A stretch of DNA of 64,000 nt, from contig OZ241828.1 in assembly GCA_965202585.1 (NCBI GenBank), positions 76,198,001 to 76,262,000 on the forward strand, in the 5' to 3' direction. A program made the translations under genes and the position numbers. Source of the stretch: Thalia democratica (lineage: Eukaryota). The notes under the pieces are model-generated. The model made no database searches and was not told where the DNA came from. It saw nothing but the letters and a program-made list of their open reading frames with translations. Positions 23,033 through 36,529 of the stretch are shown here, in pieces. Numbering within the stretch: position 1 is the stretch's first letter; each line of letters opens with the position of its first letter.

Positions 23033-26000
23033 CTGTTGAAAAACATTGAAATTCTTTAAGAATTAATAACAAATGAGTAAAGTTTTGCTTATTTTATCTA
23101 AAAAATAGGTTGCTATTTTTATTTAATGGTCAAAAAAATTTATAAAGCTAAAATGACTACAAAACTGATTATGTTTGTTGCAAATAATCGCATTTGTTAA
23201 TAAAAAAATCCTATTTACAATTGTTTTTTTTTGTATAAAAAAATAACTTTACTGCTTATTTAAAACTCATTTTGCACAGGTTTCTATTTTAATAAAGTTA
23301 TCGATGAAAGTTTAATGGAAACAATTTGAACTTTATTTTTTTAATTAGAATATTTGAATAAATAAAAAAATATATTTTTTTAAAGTTCAAAACAGTAAAT
23401 TTTTCTACACATTAAAAATTTTTTTTTTGAAAGAGTTTAATTAGTTGCTAAACATAAAACTAGTTGTTTTTTGTAATTTAATTATCTAAGTTTGTGCCAA
23501 ACGACTTTTTAATTAGGCAGTAATGTGTAATTTAAATATTCGTAGCAAAAATATTTAACTATCTTAAAAATCTATATAAAATAAACATACGTGTATTTGT
23601 TAATAAAACACTTAAACAGATCAAATATTCGCGACAAATCTAACTAAAGTCATTTAAAAAAATAAATTTAAATCTTTGTATGTAGAAAATCGATTATTTC
23701 AATGCTTTGCTATTCAAACAGATAAATTATTTAATTATTATTACTGACAAAATACTTCAGTTAGAATTGATATTTGTTTTTCAAGTGTAAGCTAAATCTT
23801 TTGAAATTGTATTCTAAACTTAAAAAATCTTTTCTCAAGCCAAACTAAAAGAAAAACTAATAAATGATACTGTCATGCATACTTTGTATACAATTTGTAT
23901 TAGCGATTGTAGGTGCTAGTCTTTTTTGGTGAAAAATGCGAACGAAACGGGGAGTGCGAACTTAAAAAGTGCGCAAAAAGAAGTTTACTGTGAATTATTT
24001 TTTACTTACTTATAAAACCAATTCAACTCGGTAAAATGAACTGGTAAGTTCTTACTGACAAATTAAGATTAACATCAAAATAATTTACTTAGCTAAAGAA
24101 TTTGAAAATAATTACCTTTTCTTTCTATAAACTAGATTTTACGAACGAACATTTGTCATTTATTATATAAAATTAGCACTGTGTAGCGTATGGAAATTGA
24201 CAAAAAACTTATCAAATTTTAATTTTAAACTGTTTAAGTAAAAACTACTTGTAAAACAAGTATTCTGTTAAAAACTTATCAACCTTTTGTTTAGTTAGTT
24301 TTAACCTATGCTAAAATTTGATGTTATAATAATCATGACAAAGTACGAGCGTTCAGATAGTTTGATTTTATACTAATACTTTTCTGTACCAATCTTTTTT
24401 GTATAAATTTTTAACACTTGTTTTTTTATGTACCATTTGCAATTAAGTATGTTTTGGTTACTCATTTTGTTTTATTACACGAACGTTTTGAAAGACACAC
24501 TGAGCTTCGTCTTCAAGCTTCCTTTTTTCTGTTAAGACTACCACCTAATATGAACTTTCTACATATAAGTGTTATGTGTTACTTTACATACGCGATTTAA
24601 ATATAGGATGTAGTTTTTAAATCATTGCTAAATTTTATAGACTAAAATAGTTTCTCTCTTTAAAATTCAAAAAGTGTTTATACTACAAACCGTCTAAGTT
24701 TGAAGTATAGCTAAAAGTGTTGTGTACAGTATAAAAAGTTTTTTTTTGAGTAGTAAAACTTTTAAAAACTCATAGTGTAGTAAATCTTTATTTGCTTCAA
24801 ACTTTATTATTCATAGTTATTAAGTATTTACAGTAACTTGTGTATAAACAATAAAATATAAATTTAACCAAAATAGTTCAACTAGAATATTTTCTTCAAA
24901 AGCTTACTGTACAATTAATCTGAAGGTTTTTATTGAGGTTAAAAAATTGCTATCATTTTTATCTATTATTTTGCAAAAAACAGTTTCATAGATTTTATTT
25001 TATCATTTTAGAAACTGGAAATCGTAGAGATGAGTTGCCAATAGTTACTTGGTAAACAAAAAGAGTTCAGCTGATGGTTTAAACCTCTCTCGGTGACGAT
25101 ATAGTTATGTTATTGATGCTGCACTCAGACTTTGTTGCATTGAAGAATTTTACAAAAATGAATTAAAATTTGTTAAACCTAAAAACGTATACATATATAT
25201 ATTTATAGAAGTAAATGATTAAGTTATTAAATTAAATTTTTCAACATAGAGCCTACTTTAAGGGCTGTTTCAAAAAAATAAAGAGTTCTGCAAGTTTTTA
25301 CGTCTTGAAATAAGCTTTTATATATACACATATACTTTTCAAAATTTTAGTAAATTAAAAACCTACACAGCAAAAGATTAAAAACTTAGTAACATTTTTT
25401 TATTTTCATTGTATAATCGTATCGATAATGGAAACTTGAGTAACTAGTTTATTTATATTGTACTTATATTTTATATATTTTGTTTGAATAAAAAAAATAT
25501 AAATAGGTAACAGCAATATGTTTAAGAGTATACAAACGTACACGATACTGTATACTTTTTTATATGACATATGCATAATATAATTTTAGCTTGATAGCTT
25601 TTTTACATAATGTTAAAACACTCTCTCCTTGTACAATATTCAGTGTTAATGATATTAGTAACAACATATAATTAGAAGCTGCAATTTATTTCAGATTTTA
25701 TTTACTGAAAAGCTGTTGGATTATTGCAATAACTTTTTTTGTAGAAAGTTTACGAATAGCCCTTGTATTGCGAGTATTTCGAATACCAAATATAAACATT
25801 GAAAAAATAGAAAATGTCAAAAGTTTTATAAAATGATACTTCCATAAAAATAAGCCACCGATAGTAAATTTAATAACCTACTTATTGTTATGAAATTTTT
25901 TAAAGATATTAAGTATTTTTTGTTTTGTTTGATTTTTATGTGTTTTAGACATACTAAAAATCAAAAATTATATGTTGAAGATTAGTCTCATTTAAAATGA

Positions 26001-27305
26001 ACAATCAAATTTAGCTATTTTTAAACTTAGTTCATCAATTGAAGTTGTTTAAATAGCAAGTTTATCAGCATTTGCTCAATTGGTTTTAAAAGGTTTTAGA
26101 AAATATAATATGTAAAAATGTGTATTACTTCCATAAATGTTTATCTAAAATTATGTTTGATTGACTATATGACAAAAGTTTCAATAATTAAAGATAAATC
26201 AAAACAAACATCCAGCTACATTACATTTTTAAAATTTAATTACTTACTTTATGTTTATCATGTATAAGTTAGTTTACTTTTTATAAAAAAAACCACCCCA
26301 TATTTACTTCTTTTAGCCTTAAAACATTTAACAGTATTATTTCTAAAGAGAGCAAAAACTGTTTAAAAGCATTTTTAAATGTTTTGTACAAAATATACTA
26401 ACACAAATTTTTATCAAGAAAAAAGTACTAACAGTATATTAATTAAATCTTATCAGGTCGCAATAGATTTAAAAAAAGTTTTCTATCCAAAGTCATATTT
26501 TAAAAGGCTAAGTTGTAGTTAATTATTGATTATAGAAAAAATGTGCTGAAAAATGTACATACAAAACTTTAACATCTTTAGTTGAATTTAAAAGTTTATT
26601 GTAGAGAAGTGACGACAATTTAATATTAATAGAAATTACAAACCCTACCATACCATATTACAGTTTATTGAACGACAAAAAGTCTCAAAACTTTTGGTCC
26701 TTAGGTCTGTTGTACGAAAGAATATTTCGCTTATCGAGTCGCATACCACTTGGATACCTTTTAACGTCTTGTTTACGACACAATTTTAAAAGTTTAACCA
26801 AAAATTCATCATTTTTCAACAATAATTGGTATTATTTATTTTTAATTTATAACCGTCTTTTTTTTTCTTTAACGTTTAAAATTTTATAACTTTAAAATAT
26901 TTAATATTTAAAATTTATAGTAGAGTTGTCATACAAATAAATGCTAACGGTATATAAGTAATTATGCTTTTGAAAAACTTTTTCTTGTACTTTGAAAAAA
27001 TTAAAAAACATTTAATTATGTATATAGTACGGTGTTTTAGTGTTTCTCAAAATGTGGATAGAAGTTTATTTACTTGGCAAAAAAAAAGTAAGAAATACTA
27101 TATTTAAAAACTGTAACTAGCTGTTATGTTTTTATTGTTATTTTATTGACCAAAGAGTAACAAGCACAAAAATAATGAAACATCAAGCGTTATAAGTTTT
27201 TATTGTTCTGAGTTCCTTTTAAAATTATTGTTTATAGACAGAAAGTAAAACTAAACAAATAAGTATAATACATACAATATTTTATCTAAAAAAACTGCTA
27301 TAAGT

Positions 27306-27412
27306 TTAAAACAATTCTAAAACATGAAAAGTAATGAGAAGTACAGCGACCGCGTACCTCGGACCGAACAGTGTGGTTTCCAAAAGTTCTGACGGGGCTC
27401 CTGACCCTGAAC
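27306..27412 (-). CDS. Gene 2 terminal exon, GPI-signal-like C-terminus (GSGSGAPSELLETTLFGPRYAVAVLLITFHVLELF*)
   Basis: Acceptor tatttcag|GT, phase 1 matches 28945-29100; small residues, spacer, then hydrophobic tail ending at the stop. Confidence 0.8.
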
Positions 27413-27863
27413 CTGAAATAAAAATACCATAAACTTTATACCTGCAGCACATTTTTTTCTGATCTACAGCGCCGTGTTTACTATGAAAAGTAAAATTAGA
27501 TTTACAGCCTTACCACTGTATTTGATATTTGTTTTAGATGTTTTTAGCTTCTTTTTCGTTATTTTCGTGTATATGTTATGTAAATGTTTAGAAAAAATAT
27601 CAAAGTTATTTTAATTTAAAAATTCACGAAAAAAATATTTCTAGCATAAGCCTTGCTTACTTTTTAAGCTTGTATTAAGTTTTGTATTTAAAAAAACATA
27701 TACTTTAGTTAAATCATACTTGGTACTAAAACTTTAAATTGAAAATTCTAAATTGGAAAAACTAATATAACATAATTAAATCACATAAGATTAACCGTAA
27801 AAACCATTAAAAACAAAAAAACTTCGTTGAAATTTTACTCTACGCTAAAAGATTTTTCATTTA

Positions 27864-28719
27864 CAGTAACCTCTCGGATCTTTACGCACTCGTGACGTTA
27901 CGCACTCTCGTTTAGTTACGCATTTTAGAATTCTAAAAAATTCAAAAAATAGAAAATTTTAATTCTTTTTAATATTGCACAAAATAGGTTTATTGTATAT
28001 TTCTATTTTAAAATATGCTTTTAAATGCTAATTCACCTCTTTATATCTTTATACTTTGTAAACTTATGTTACTTTACTTATTGATAAACATTTAGTTTAA
28101 TATAAGATAATAGATAATATTTTAATACAATGTAAGAGAAGTTCATCCTTATGTGGGCAAAGGTCTAATTAAAAAACTTTTAGTAACATAAAAAATTTTT
28201 ATTGAATATTTTTCTTATACTTTATATATTTTTGTTAAAAAGAAGAAATCTATTACAGCACTAAAGGCGAAAAATTTTTAAAGACTATAGAAACAAATTT
28301 TAATATAGACACCACACCATTTCTTAATTGTAAAAAAATACTTAATTATAAATTAGGTTCGCGAAGTAGAATAGAATATAAATGTTAAGTATCAAATAAG
28401 TCACATACAAACAAATATAAAGCAAAAATCTATTTGTTGCTTAAATTAGTAAATTTTTTCTACAAGTATTATTATTTTACATAAATTTAAAACCTTTTTT
28501 TTTAAATATGTATAGTTTTATCTTTTGTTTTCAAATTTATAAATAAAGTAAACAAATTATTAAAAGTGGGAAAGTTCCTAGTCTGCTTATAACTAGAATC
28601 AATATAAAAACAGCCATTAAAGTAAGTATATTTGGTACCTCTCGTTTCTTTACGATCTCTCGCATCTTTACGCACTTTTTCTGTGGACACAATGTGCGTA
28701 AATAAGCGAGAGGTTACTG
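27864..28719. mobile_element. Tc1/mariner-superfamily-like MITE (856 bp) in the last intron of gene 2
   Basis: TIRs CAGTAACCTCTCG-N4-TTTACGCAC at both ends (22 of 26 match), TA on both sides, subterminal TTACGCA repeats, no transposase ORF. Confidence 0.8.
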
Positions 28720-28944
28720 TAATAATAGAAATTTGTGTACTAAAAATGAATTATTAAAAGTTATTAAATGAACCTTATTAGATGTTATATAAGTTAACAT
28801 CAAAAAATGGTGTCTAAACTTCAAGAAAAATCTTGTATACTAACTTTATACTCAATGATAATTTTTTTCATTAAAATACTGCACCAAAATTTTTTGCTTA
28901 AGCCTGATTAAATGATTAATTGAAACAATTTATAAAACACACAC

Positions 28945-29100
28945 CTTCTTCATCATCACCCATCGTGTTCGGTTCAGGGTCTGGAATCGGCAGCCTTCCA
29001 CAAGTGTGGATGTTGTCTATTGTGACGTCGTAATTAGGCTCTCTGGCAGTCACATTAAGACATTGGTGGCCTGCCTCACAAGTCTTGCAGAGGGTGTGGT
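28945..29100 (-). CDS. Gene 2 exon (DHTLCKTCEAGHQCLNVTAREPNYDVTIDNIHTCGRLPIPDPEPNTMGDDEE)
   Basis: ttttttcag| acceptor, AAG|gtgtgt donor, 156 nt, phase 1 to 1. Confidence 0.85.
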
Positions 29101-29775
29101 CTGAAAAAAAAACAGACACCCATTTAATGATGTCAGATGAAGTTTGTTACCATGAAAAAACATGAAGTTTTGTCGGATGTTATAAAATACTGCTACCGGT
29201 CTCAAACTTTAATGTTACTTTTGTTCAAACGTGAAACGTTAGAATCTAACAGGAAACAAAAACAAAGTAACCATGGGTCTACAGTTTTATTTCTAATTTA
29301 ACACCGAAACGAGATTTGCTATTTTTTTCAATTTGTAGCAGCGTTTATAAGAATTAAAACTTGTAAATGTTAAAGCATTCTGTGAGTTTAGTTAGAATCA
29401 GTATAGTAAAAAAAACTTTTATCTGCTTCAAAAATAAACAGTATTTAAATGTTTTTTGCAGTTTACTAAAATTTATTGATCGGTCTCGACACGACATTTG
29501 TCCATAATTTCCAAAATAAAAGTTAATTTTAATTTCTCTTAGAAAACGTGAGTTTTTATGTCTGAATTAAAATTTAAACACGCTTTTGTTATTTAAGTAT
29601 AATGAATTGCTTCACTTTTCACAAAAATAAGCTAATCGTTTAAATATAAAAACCGTTATTTACTACTTGTACGGAAATTCAAATTAAACAGACTTTGTTA
29701 AACCACAAATGATTTATCTAAAACGTTTTTACAGTTATGCATTAAAGATTTCAACATAAAATTCAAACAACAAAC

Positions 29776-29889
29776 CATTCGCAGAACTTCTTTGTAGTGA
29801 GCTGAGCGCAAAAGCATGAAACATGCTACAATTTCGATAACGAAGTCGTGTGCACACCACATCGTGCATCTTGCTCTTTCTGCAGTACT
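29776..29889 (-). CDS. Gene 2 exon (YCRKSKMHDVVCTRLRYRNCSMFHAFALSSLQRSSAN)
   Basis: tttttcag| acceptor, ATG|gtttgt donor, 114 nt; phase 1 to 1 imposed by neighbours. Confidence 0.8.
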
Positions 29890-30110
29890 CTGAAAAAAAA
29901 GTTTTGTTTAAGATATGTCCCCTTGAACTTAAATTACAATTTTTAGTTTACAGCTCAAGTGAGTGATACTCCGGTGAGCTAAAGTTTTAAAAATACTTGT
30001 GATTAGTTTTGTTTAAATGTATTCGTTAAGGAAAACGAGAAAATATTGGAAAACATTTTTTCTAATAAATATATCAATGACAATGGAGCATTTATACAAA
30101 AGGAAATTAC

Positions 30111-30197
30111 TTTTGGGAAATTCGATTTCAACGAAAATACAATTCCTGTTCGGATCTATTTCGTAGAACTTTGCGTCCTTTGAGCAAGCTCTATAGT
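30111..30197 (-). CDS. Gene 2 exon (YRACSKDAKFYEIDPNRNCIFVEIEFPK)
   Basis: attaaacag| acceptor with upstream CTAA, |gtaatt donor, 87 nt, phase 1 to 1. Confidence 0.78.
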
Positions 30198-31388
30198 CTG
30201 TTTAATATTTTTAGATACTTAGCAGTTTTAATTATATTTTGTAAGACTATCATATTTTAAGTGTTAAACATTTACGTATCTAACAACTAGTCAAGAGAAT
30301 AAATTTTAAAATTTATTTCTTAGTTAATTGCTAACCTGTTGTATGATGTTTTATGAGAGCAATAAATAACCGTTTATAAAATTAGTATTGCCAGTAATGT
30401 AAACTAGTTTAATTTTTTTATTTTGAAAGTATTTAAAGAAAAGATAACTAAAACTTGTTGTTTAGTAAAAAGATATGTTTAAAAAGTTTATTTTTGTTCA
30501 AACTCAGTATTATAACACAGCACGAGGCTTGAGGTCGATTTTGACTTTATTTACTTTTCCTGCTAATATTTAAATACATTTAAAGTTTGTCAATTAACTT
30601 TAAACGTTGAAGTTTAATATTTTATTTGATTTTTTAACGATTTTAAAATGCGTTATTAATAAAACAAAATGTTATAGTTCATACATTCTACTTGTAACTA
30701 TAAAGTTGTCTATAGCAAAACAACTTATAGTAAAGTTAGTTGATTAAATGAATAAAATGTTTTTAATAAATATATGTAACGAAAATAACTCATACGTAAT
30801 AATATATTCAACGCAACTCCTTTATACTATAAATTTTAAACTTTTTTTAAATAGAATATTGTTTATAAGTTTAATTCAAACAAACTACTTACTGTGCTTG
30901 TTTGGAAACATTTTGAAGATGTTCCTCTTAAAGTATCCCTGATGGATAAATCCTATAAAAATTAAGAAATTATACTATAACTTAAAAGTATTTGATTTTT
31001 TTTTAATGAAATTATTTTGTTAGTAATATTGAATTTAAAGCTTTTTAATCAATCAATTTGAGATTTATCTAGAAAAAAAAATTATTAGAAAATATAGCAA
31101 ATGTTTAAAGTTTTTAGTCTATATTTTCAATTTATTTTTAAGTGAATAAATTCATAAGTTTGCTAAATACTGATTTTAGGTATTTATTTTTCAGCACACA
31201 TATTAAATCAATAACTATTATCTTAGCAACTATGTTTTTATATCATTTCAACGTAGTATTTACAACTACTAAATTACTAGCTAAGTTTGTACATGTAGTT
31301 ATAACTTCTAGCATAAAGTTTATCAAAAAAATACAATTAAAAACTTGATAAATACAAACTTTATTTTAATAAAAAAAATTGAACTTAC

Positions 31389-31419
31389 GTTTTCGTCTGC
31401 TTGGACTTTTTCGGGTGAG
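31389..31419 (-). CDS. Gene 2 31-nt microexon (LTRKSPSRRK)
   Basis: aatttag| acceptor, AAC|gtaagt donor; phase 0 to 1 exactly bridges the repeat exons to the Cys-rich exons. Confidence 0.7.
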
Positions 31420-33815
31420 CTAAATTATTAAACAGTATAAATTACATATTACTGTTAGTTTATATTATTAAAAAACTTCGATACAATAAATTTTTACTCA
31501 AAGTACTATCTTTAAAACTCAATTAAAAAAATGTTTATTCAATTTCTAAAGTGTGTACACAATGTTTAAGTTTTAAAAGATACAAAGTTGGATAGTGTGA
31601 AATAAACTTAATACAATATTCCTAAACCATTTATTTATATCTAACCATGTTGAATCAAAACTACTTGTAAACTTTAAGTTTGTTAACAATGCTGATAAGT
31701 TTGTTAAAAACAATTTATTCATCAAAGATTACAATAACTTTATTTTAAAATTTTACACACATTAATAATGTTTTGAGTGTAGTTTAAAAATTAAAAATCG
31801 AGTTCCTAAAAACCTCTATTCTGATTTATTAAACTGATGTCGAAAAATTAAAAGAAATATTTAACTTAATTTTTTTACTTAAAGTTGTTAAAAAAATCAG
31901 TAAAACTTATAGTTTTTAAAAATATTTTATTTGATATAAGAACCATAAAAATTTGATTTTTTAAAATTTAAACAAAAGCATTTTTAAAACTAAGTTATAA
32001 AAAACTTTGTTAAGCAAACGTTTATAATGTTCTTGTGTGACTAAAACTAAACTTCGTTTTTATATTGCTAACTTATAATTAACATCACTTTAAAAATGTG
32101 TATAAAAGTTCAATTATGAATGCAGTTTTAATAGCACATGATTAATTTACTTTAATAATGTATATATCATGAGATAAGCAGCCTAACTTCTAAGAACGAT
32201 TTGTTATACTATAAAGTAGCTATAAAAAATATCAGTACTTTTAGTTACATCATCACATTTTAATATTTTAATTAACATATACTTTTTCAGAACCTAGCAA
32301 TCATAATTATTATATGACACTTAAACTCTGATGCAATTAATGTTTTGATAAAACACACTAATTAGTGATAAGAAAACAAACAACATATATAATATAATAT
32401 TAATAAATAACATGATAAAACGAACTTGTTTATGAGCAAAGTTGTTTGATAATTGAGAAGAGATTTCTTTACTGAGCAAATTATCTTTATTTAATAGTTT
32501 TTCATCTTTGTAAGTTGTCGATTCGGTCTGTTGAATTAATTTTAAATTATTACACATTTTAGATAAATATCAGAAAGTTGTTGTGGTTTTTTTTCAATTT
32601 GTTCAAACTATTTATATGTTAAGAAATTATTTTATAAATATTAAATGCTCTAATATGTTAAAATTAACTTTTACGTTTTTCAAAAAGGACGTTTATGTTT
32701 ATAACTTGAAAATTTAAAACTTGAAATTATTATACATTTAAGATAGATATCAGAAAGTCTTTGTTGTTTTTTTCAACTTGTTCATACTGTTTATATGTTT
32801 GGAAATTATTTTACAAAGATCGAATACTTTATTACGTTGAAATTTACTTTTGTTTATTTAAATAAAGGCGTTTACGTTTATAAACAAAAACAGTTTTATT
32901 TTTTTTAACTTTAACAAGAAAACTTTACTGTATCACATAGTTAAAACACATACTGCACAATTTTTTATTTAAAAAAATTACCGTTAAAGGTTCAATAGAA
33001 AAACTTAAGCAGATATATTCATTTACAGCATGTGACTGAATGGATAATTTTTTATTAATAGAACTTAAATGCAATAAAGTATTTTATTACTTTGTATGAT
33101 CACATTATGTAAAAAAAAAATTAATTTAGTTGCTTTTAATTAAAATAAATAGCATTTTTAGTATTATCAAAATTTGTGCCAAATATTTTTTTAATTAAGC
33201 AGTAATCTATATTTTTAAATATGTAAAAAATATATAACGTTTTTATTTATATTAACATACGGTTGTTTATAAAGACAAAAACCTATCTTAAACCTCACTA
33301 TGTTGTTTTCTTTTCATTTTTAAATAAGTTTAAGCCTAGTTTAGTTTTATACGATGTTTAAACAAAATTTCTTGTAAATTTAAGCTATTGAAAACTACTT
33401 TAATAAGCAAACTTTTATGATTAATTTGACTTAAATCTATTCTCGTTGTAATACTGTCTATTCATACTGTATATCAGTTTTAAAATATTTGTATGAAGTT
33501 TAATTTAATCATGAGTGTTTTTTTAATCGCACTCATAACTTTTGAGTTAAAATAAAATATAAATTATTAGATAAATAGCTAAACTTTTAAGAACAATTTA
33601 TTATACTGTAGAGTTGATTTTTCTCTAACCAGGAGACCTTAAAAAATGATTTCAAATATACATTTAAACCTTACAAGCTTAATCATTACGTGAAAAATAT
33701 ACTTTTTGTTAATATATATAAATGATACAGCAATAAAGCATATTATATATATGTACTAACAAACAAAATATATAACATAACTACATAGTAATCAAAATAA
33801 ATAAAACGAACTCAC

Positions 33816-34130
33816 TTTACGACCAGTGTGTCGTTTTGCAGCTAGCGAATTTGACAATTTAAACTTTAAGATGTTATGTTGCGGCGACGCGTCGAAGTAC
33901 GAATCCCTATCCCCCACTGACAAGCCATTGTTCGAGTTGAAGCCAGAAGATTTAGAGGCGAATGAAGACGAGGTCATGGAAGCGGAACCAGTCATCGGTT
34001 GCGTTCCAGGAGACATTGTCGTCACAGTCTGGCTCCTGGCGTGCTGCTTCAGCAGAATGGACTTTCTGTCAGTCATACTACCGACTTCGTTACTATCATT
34101 TTTCACATCATCCACCATGCCCCGAGCCCC
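33816..34130 (-). CDS. Gene 2 Ser/Thr-rich repeat exon A1 (105 codons)
   Basis: ttcaacag| acceptor, AAA|gtgagt donor, 315 nt, phase 0 to 0. Confidence 0.8.
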
Positions 34131-34341
34131 CTGTTGAATTACATTGAAATGCTTTAAAAAATGTAATAAATGATTAAATTTTTCCTTGTTTTAACTAAAA
34201 ATTAGACTGTATTTATATTTACTAGAACTTAAAAACAATAAGGTATTTTATTACTATACACGATCACATTATGAAAACAGAAAATAAATTAAATGCTTTC
34301 AATTAAAGTAAATACCATTTAAAGTATAATAAAAATTTCAC

Positions 34342-34506
34342 CGAAGAGGTCACCGAAGCGGATCCAGTCGTCGGTATCTTTCCAGGAGACATTGTCGTCG
34401 CAGTCTGGTTCCTGGCGCGCTGCTTGAGCAGAATAGACTTGTTTTCAGTCATACTACCGACTTCGTTACTATCATTTTTCACATAATCCACCATGCCCCA
34501 TGCCCC
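34342..34506 (-). CDS. Gene 2 truncated repeat exon B1 (55 codons if TCG|gtgaaa is used; otherwise reads to stop at 34303)
   Basis: Same acceptor as A exons; weak donor gives a 165-nt phase 0 to 0 exon. Confidence 0.45.
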
Positions 34507-35594
34507 CTGTTGAATAATATTGAAATTCATTAAAAATTTATAATAAATGATTAAATTTTTCCTTATTTTAAAACTAAATTAGACTGTTTTTTTTTCAAAA
34601 CATTTTATAAAGGTAAAATGACTGCAAAACAGATTTTGTTTGTTGCAAAATGCGAGTTTGTTGATAAAGTTTTTTATATGTAAGTGATTTTTTTTAATAT
34701 TAGAAACTTAGTTTTACTAAATCTTTAAAACTCATTTTGCCAAAGTTTATCTAAATAAAATTACTAATAGAAACAATTTTCAGTTAAAAAAACTTAAGCA
34801 GATATATTCCTTTACAGCATGTGACTAAATGGATAAATTTTTATTACTAGAAATTAAAAGCAATAAAGTATTTTAATACTACATATGATCACATTATGAA
34901 AACAAAAAATAAATTAAATGCTTTCAATTAAAGTAAATACTATTTATAGTATTATCAAAATTTATGCCAAATGTTTTTTTAATTAAGCAGTAATCTATAT
35001 TTTTAAATATGTAAAATAATATACAACTTTTTGACTTATATAAACATACGGGATAAAACCTACTTTAAACCTCACTATGTCGTTTTCTTTTCATTTACAA
35101 ATCAGTTTAAGCGTAGATTAATTTTATACGATGTTTAAACAAAACTTCTAGTAAATTTATGCTATTGAAAACTACTTTATGAAGCAAAATTTTATAATTT
35201 GTGTGACTGAAACTTATTCTCGTTGCAGCATTGTCTATTCATACTTAATATCAGTTTTAAAATATTTGTATGAAGTTTAATTTAATCATGAGTGTTTTTT
35301 TAATCGCACTCATAACTTTTGAGTTAAAATAAAGTATAAATTATTAGATAAATAGCTAAACTTTTAAGAACAATTTATTATACTGTAGAGTTGATTTTTC
35401 TCTAACCAGGAGACCTTAAAAAATGATTTCAAATATACATTTAAACCTTACAAGCTTAATCATTACGTGAAAAAATATACTTTTTGTTAATAGATATAAA
35501 TGATACAGCAATAAAGCATATTATATATATGTACTAACAAACAAAACATATAAAACTAACTGCATAGTAATCAAAATAAATAAAACGAACTCAC

Positions 35595-35909
35595 TTTACG
35601 ACCAGTGTGTCGTTTTGCAGCTAGCGAATTTGACAATTTAAACTTTAAGATGTTATGTTGCGGCGACGCGTCGAAGTACGAATCCCTATCCCCCACTGAC
35701 AAGCCGTTGTTCGAGTTGAAGCCAGAAGAATTAGAGGCGAATGAAGACGAGGTCACCGAAGCGGAACCAGTCATCGGTTTCTTTCCAGGAGACATTGTCG
35801 TCACAATCTGGCTCCTAGCGCGCTGCTTGAGCAGAATGGACTTTCTGTCAGTCATACTACCGACTTCGTTACTATCATTTTTCACATCATCCACCATGCC
35901 CCATGCCCC
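35595..35909 (-). CDS. Gene 2 repeat exon A2 (105 codons)
   Basis: Same splice sites as A1, 315 nt; several synonymous differences from A1 in this frame. Confidence 0.8.
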
Positions 35910-36364
35910 CTGTTGAATTACATTGAAATGCTTTAAAAAATGTAATAAATGACCAAATTTTTCTTTGTTTTAACTAAAAATTAGACTGTTTTTTTTTAAT
36001 TTTCAAAACATTTCATAAAGGTAAAATGACTGCAAAACAGATTTTGTTTGTTGCAAAATGCGAGTTTGTTGATAAAGTTTTTTTATATTTAATTGGTTTT
36101 TTTAATACTAGAAATTTAATTTGAACTCATTTTGCCAAAATTTATCTGAACAAAATTATTGATAGAAACAATTTTCGGTTAAAAAAAAACTTAAGCAAAT
36201 ATATTTATTTACAGTATGTGACTGAATGGATAATTTTTTTATTACTAGAACTTAAAAACAATAAGGTATTTTATTACTATACACGATCACATTATGAAAA
36301 CAGAAAATAAATTAAATGCTTTCAATTAAAGTAAATACCATTTAAAGTATAATAAAAATTTCAC

Positions 36365-36529
36365 CGAAAAGGTCACCGAAGCGGAACCAGTCATCGGTTG
36401 CGTTCCAGGAGACATTGTAGTTGCAGTCTGGTTCCTGGCGTGCTGCTTGAGCAGAATGGACTTTCTGTCAGTCATACTACCGACTTCGTTACTATCATTT
36501 TTCACATAATCCACCATGCCCCATGCCCC
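36365..36529 (-). CDS. Gene 2 truncated repeat exon B2
   Basis: Paralog of B1, 165 nt, weak gtgaaa donor. Confidence 0.45.

Larger units (their letters stand above)
16380..26890 (+). repeat. Arm 1 of a large inverted segmental duplication (partner 42600-54925)
   Basis: Collinear reverse-complement anchors: 16618/54699, 19150/52060, 19753/51483, 20600/50610, 23960/47030, 24610/45800, 26700/42790. Boundaries approximate. Confidence 0.9.

Noticed and set aside
26620-26890. NDKKSQNFWSLGLLYERIFRLSSR ORF shared with 42698-42946
   Set aside because: Trivial consequence of the DNA duplication; upstream stop in one arm, frameshift in the other; no recognisable domain
29954-29980. Second ctttag|CTCACC acceptor resembling the 31-nt microexon
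   Set aside because: In-frame TGA and weak donor; probably a decayed duplicate
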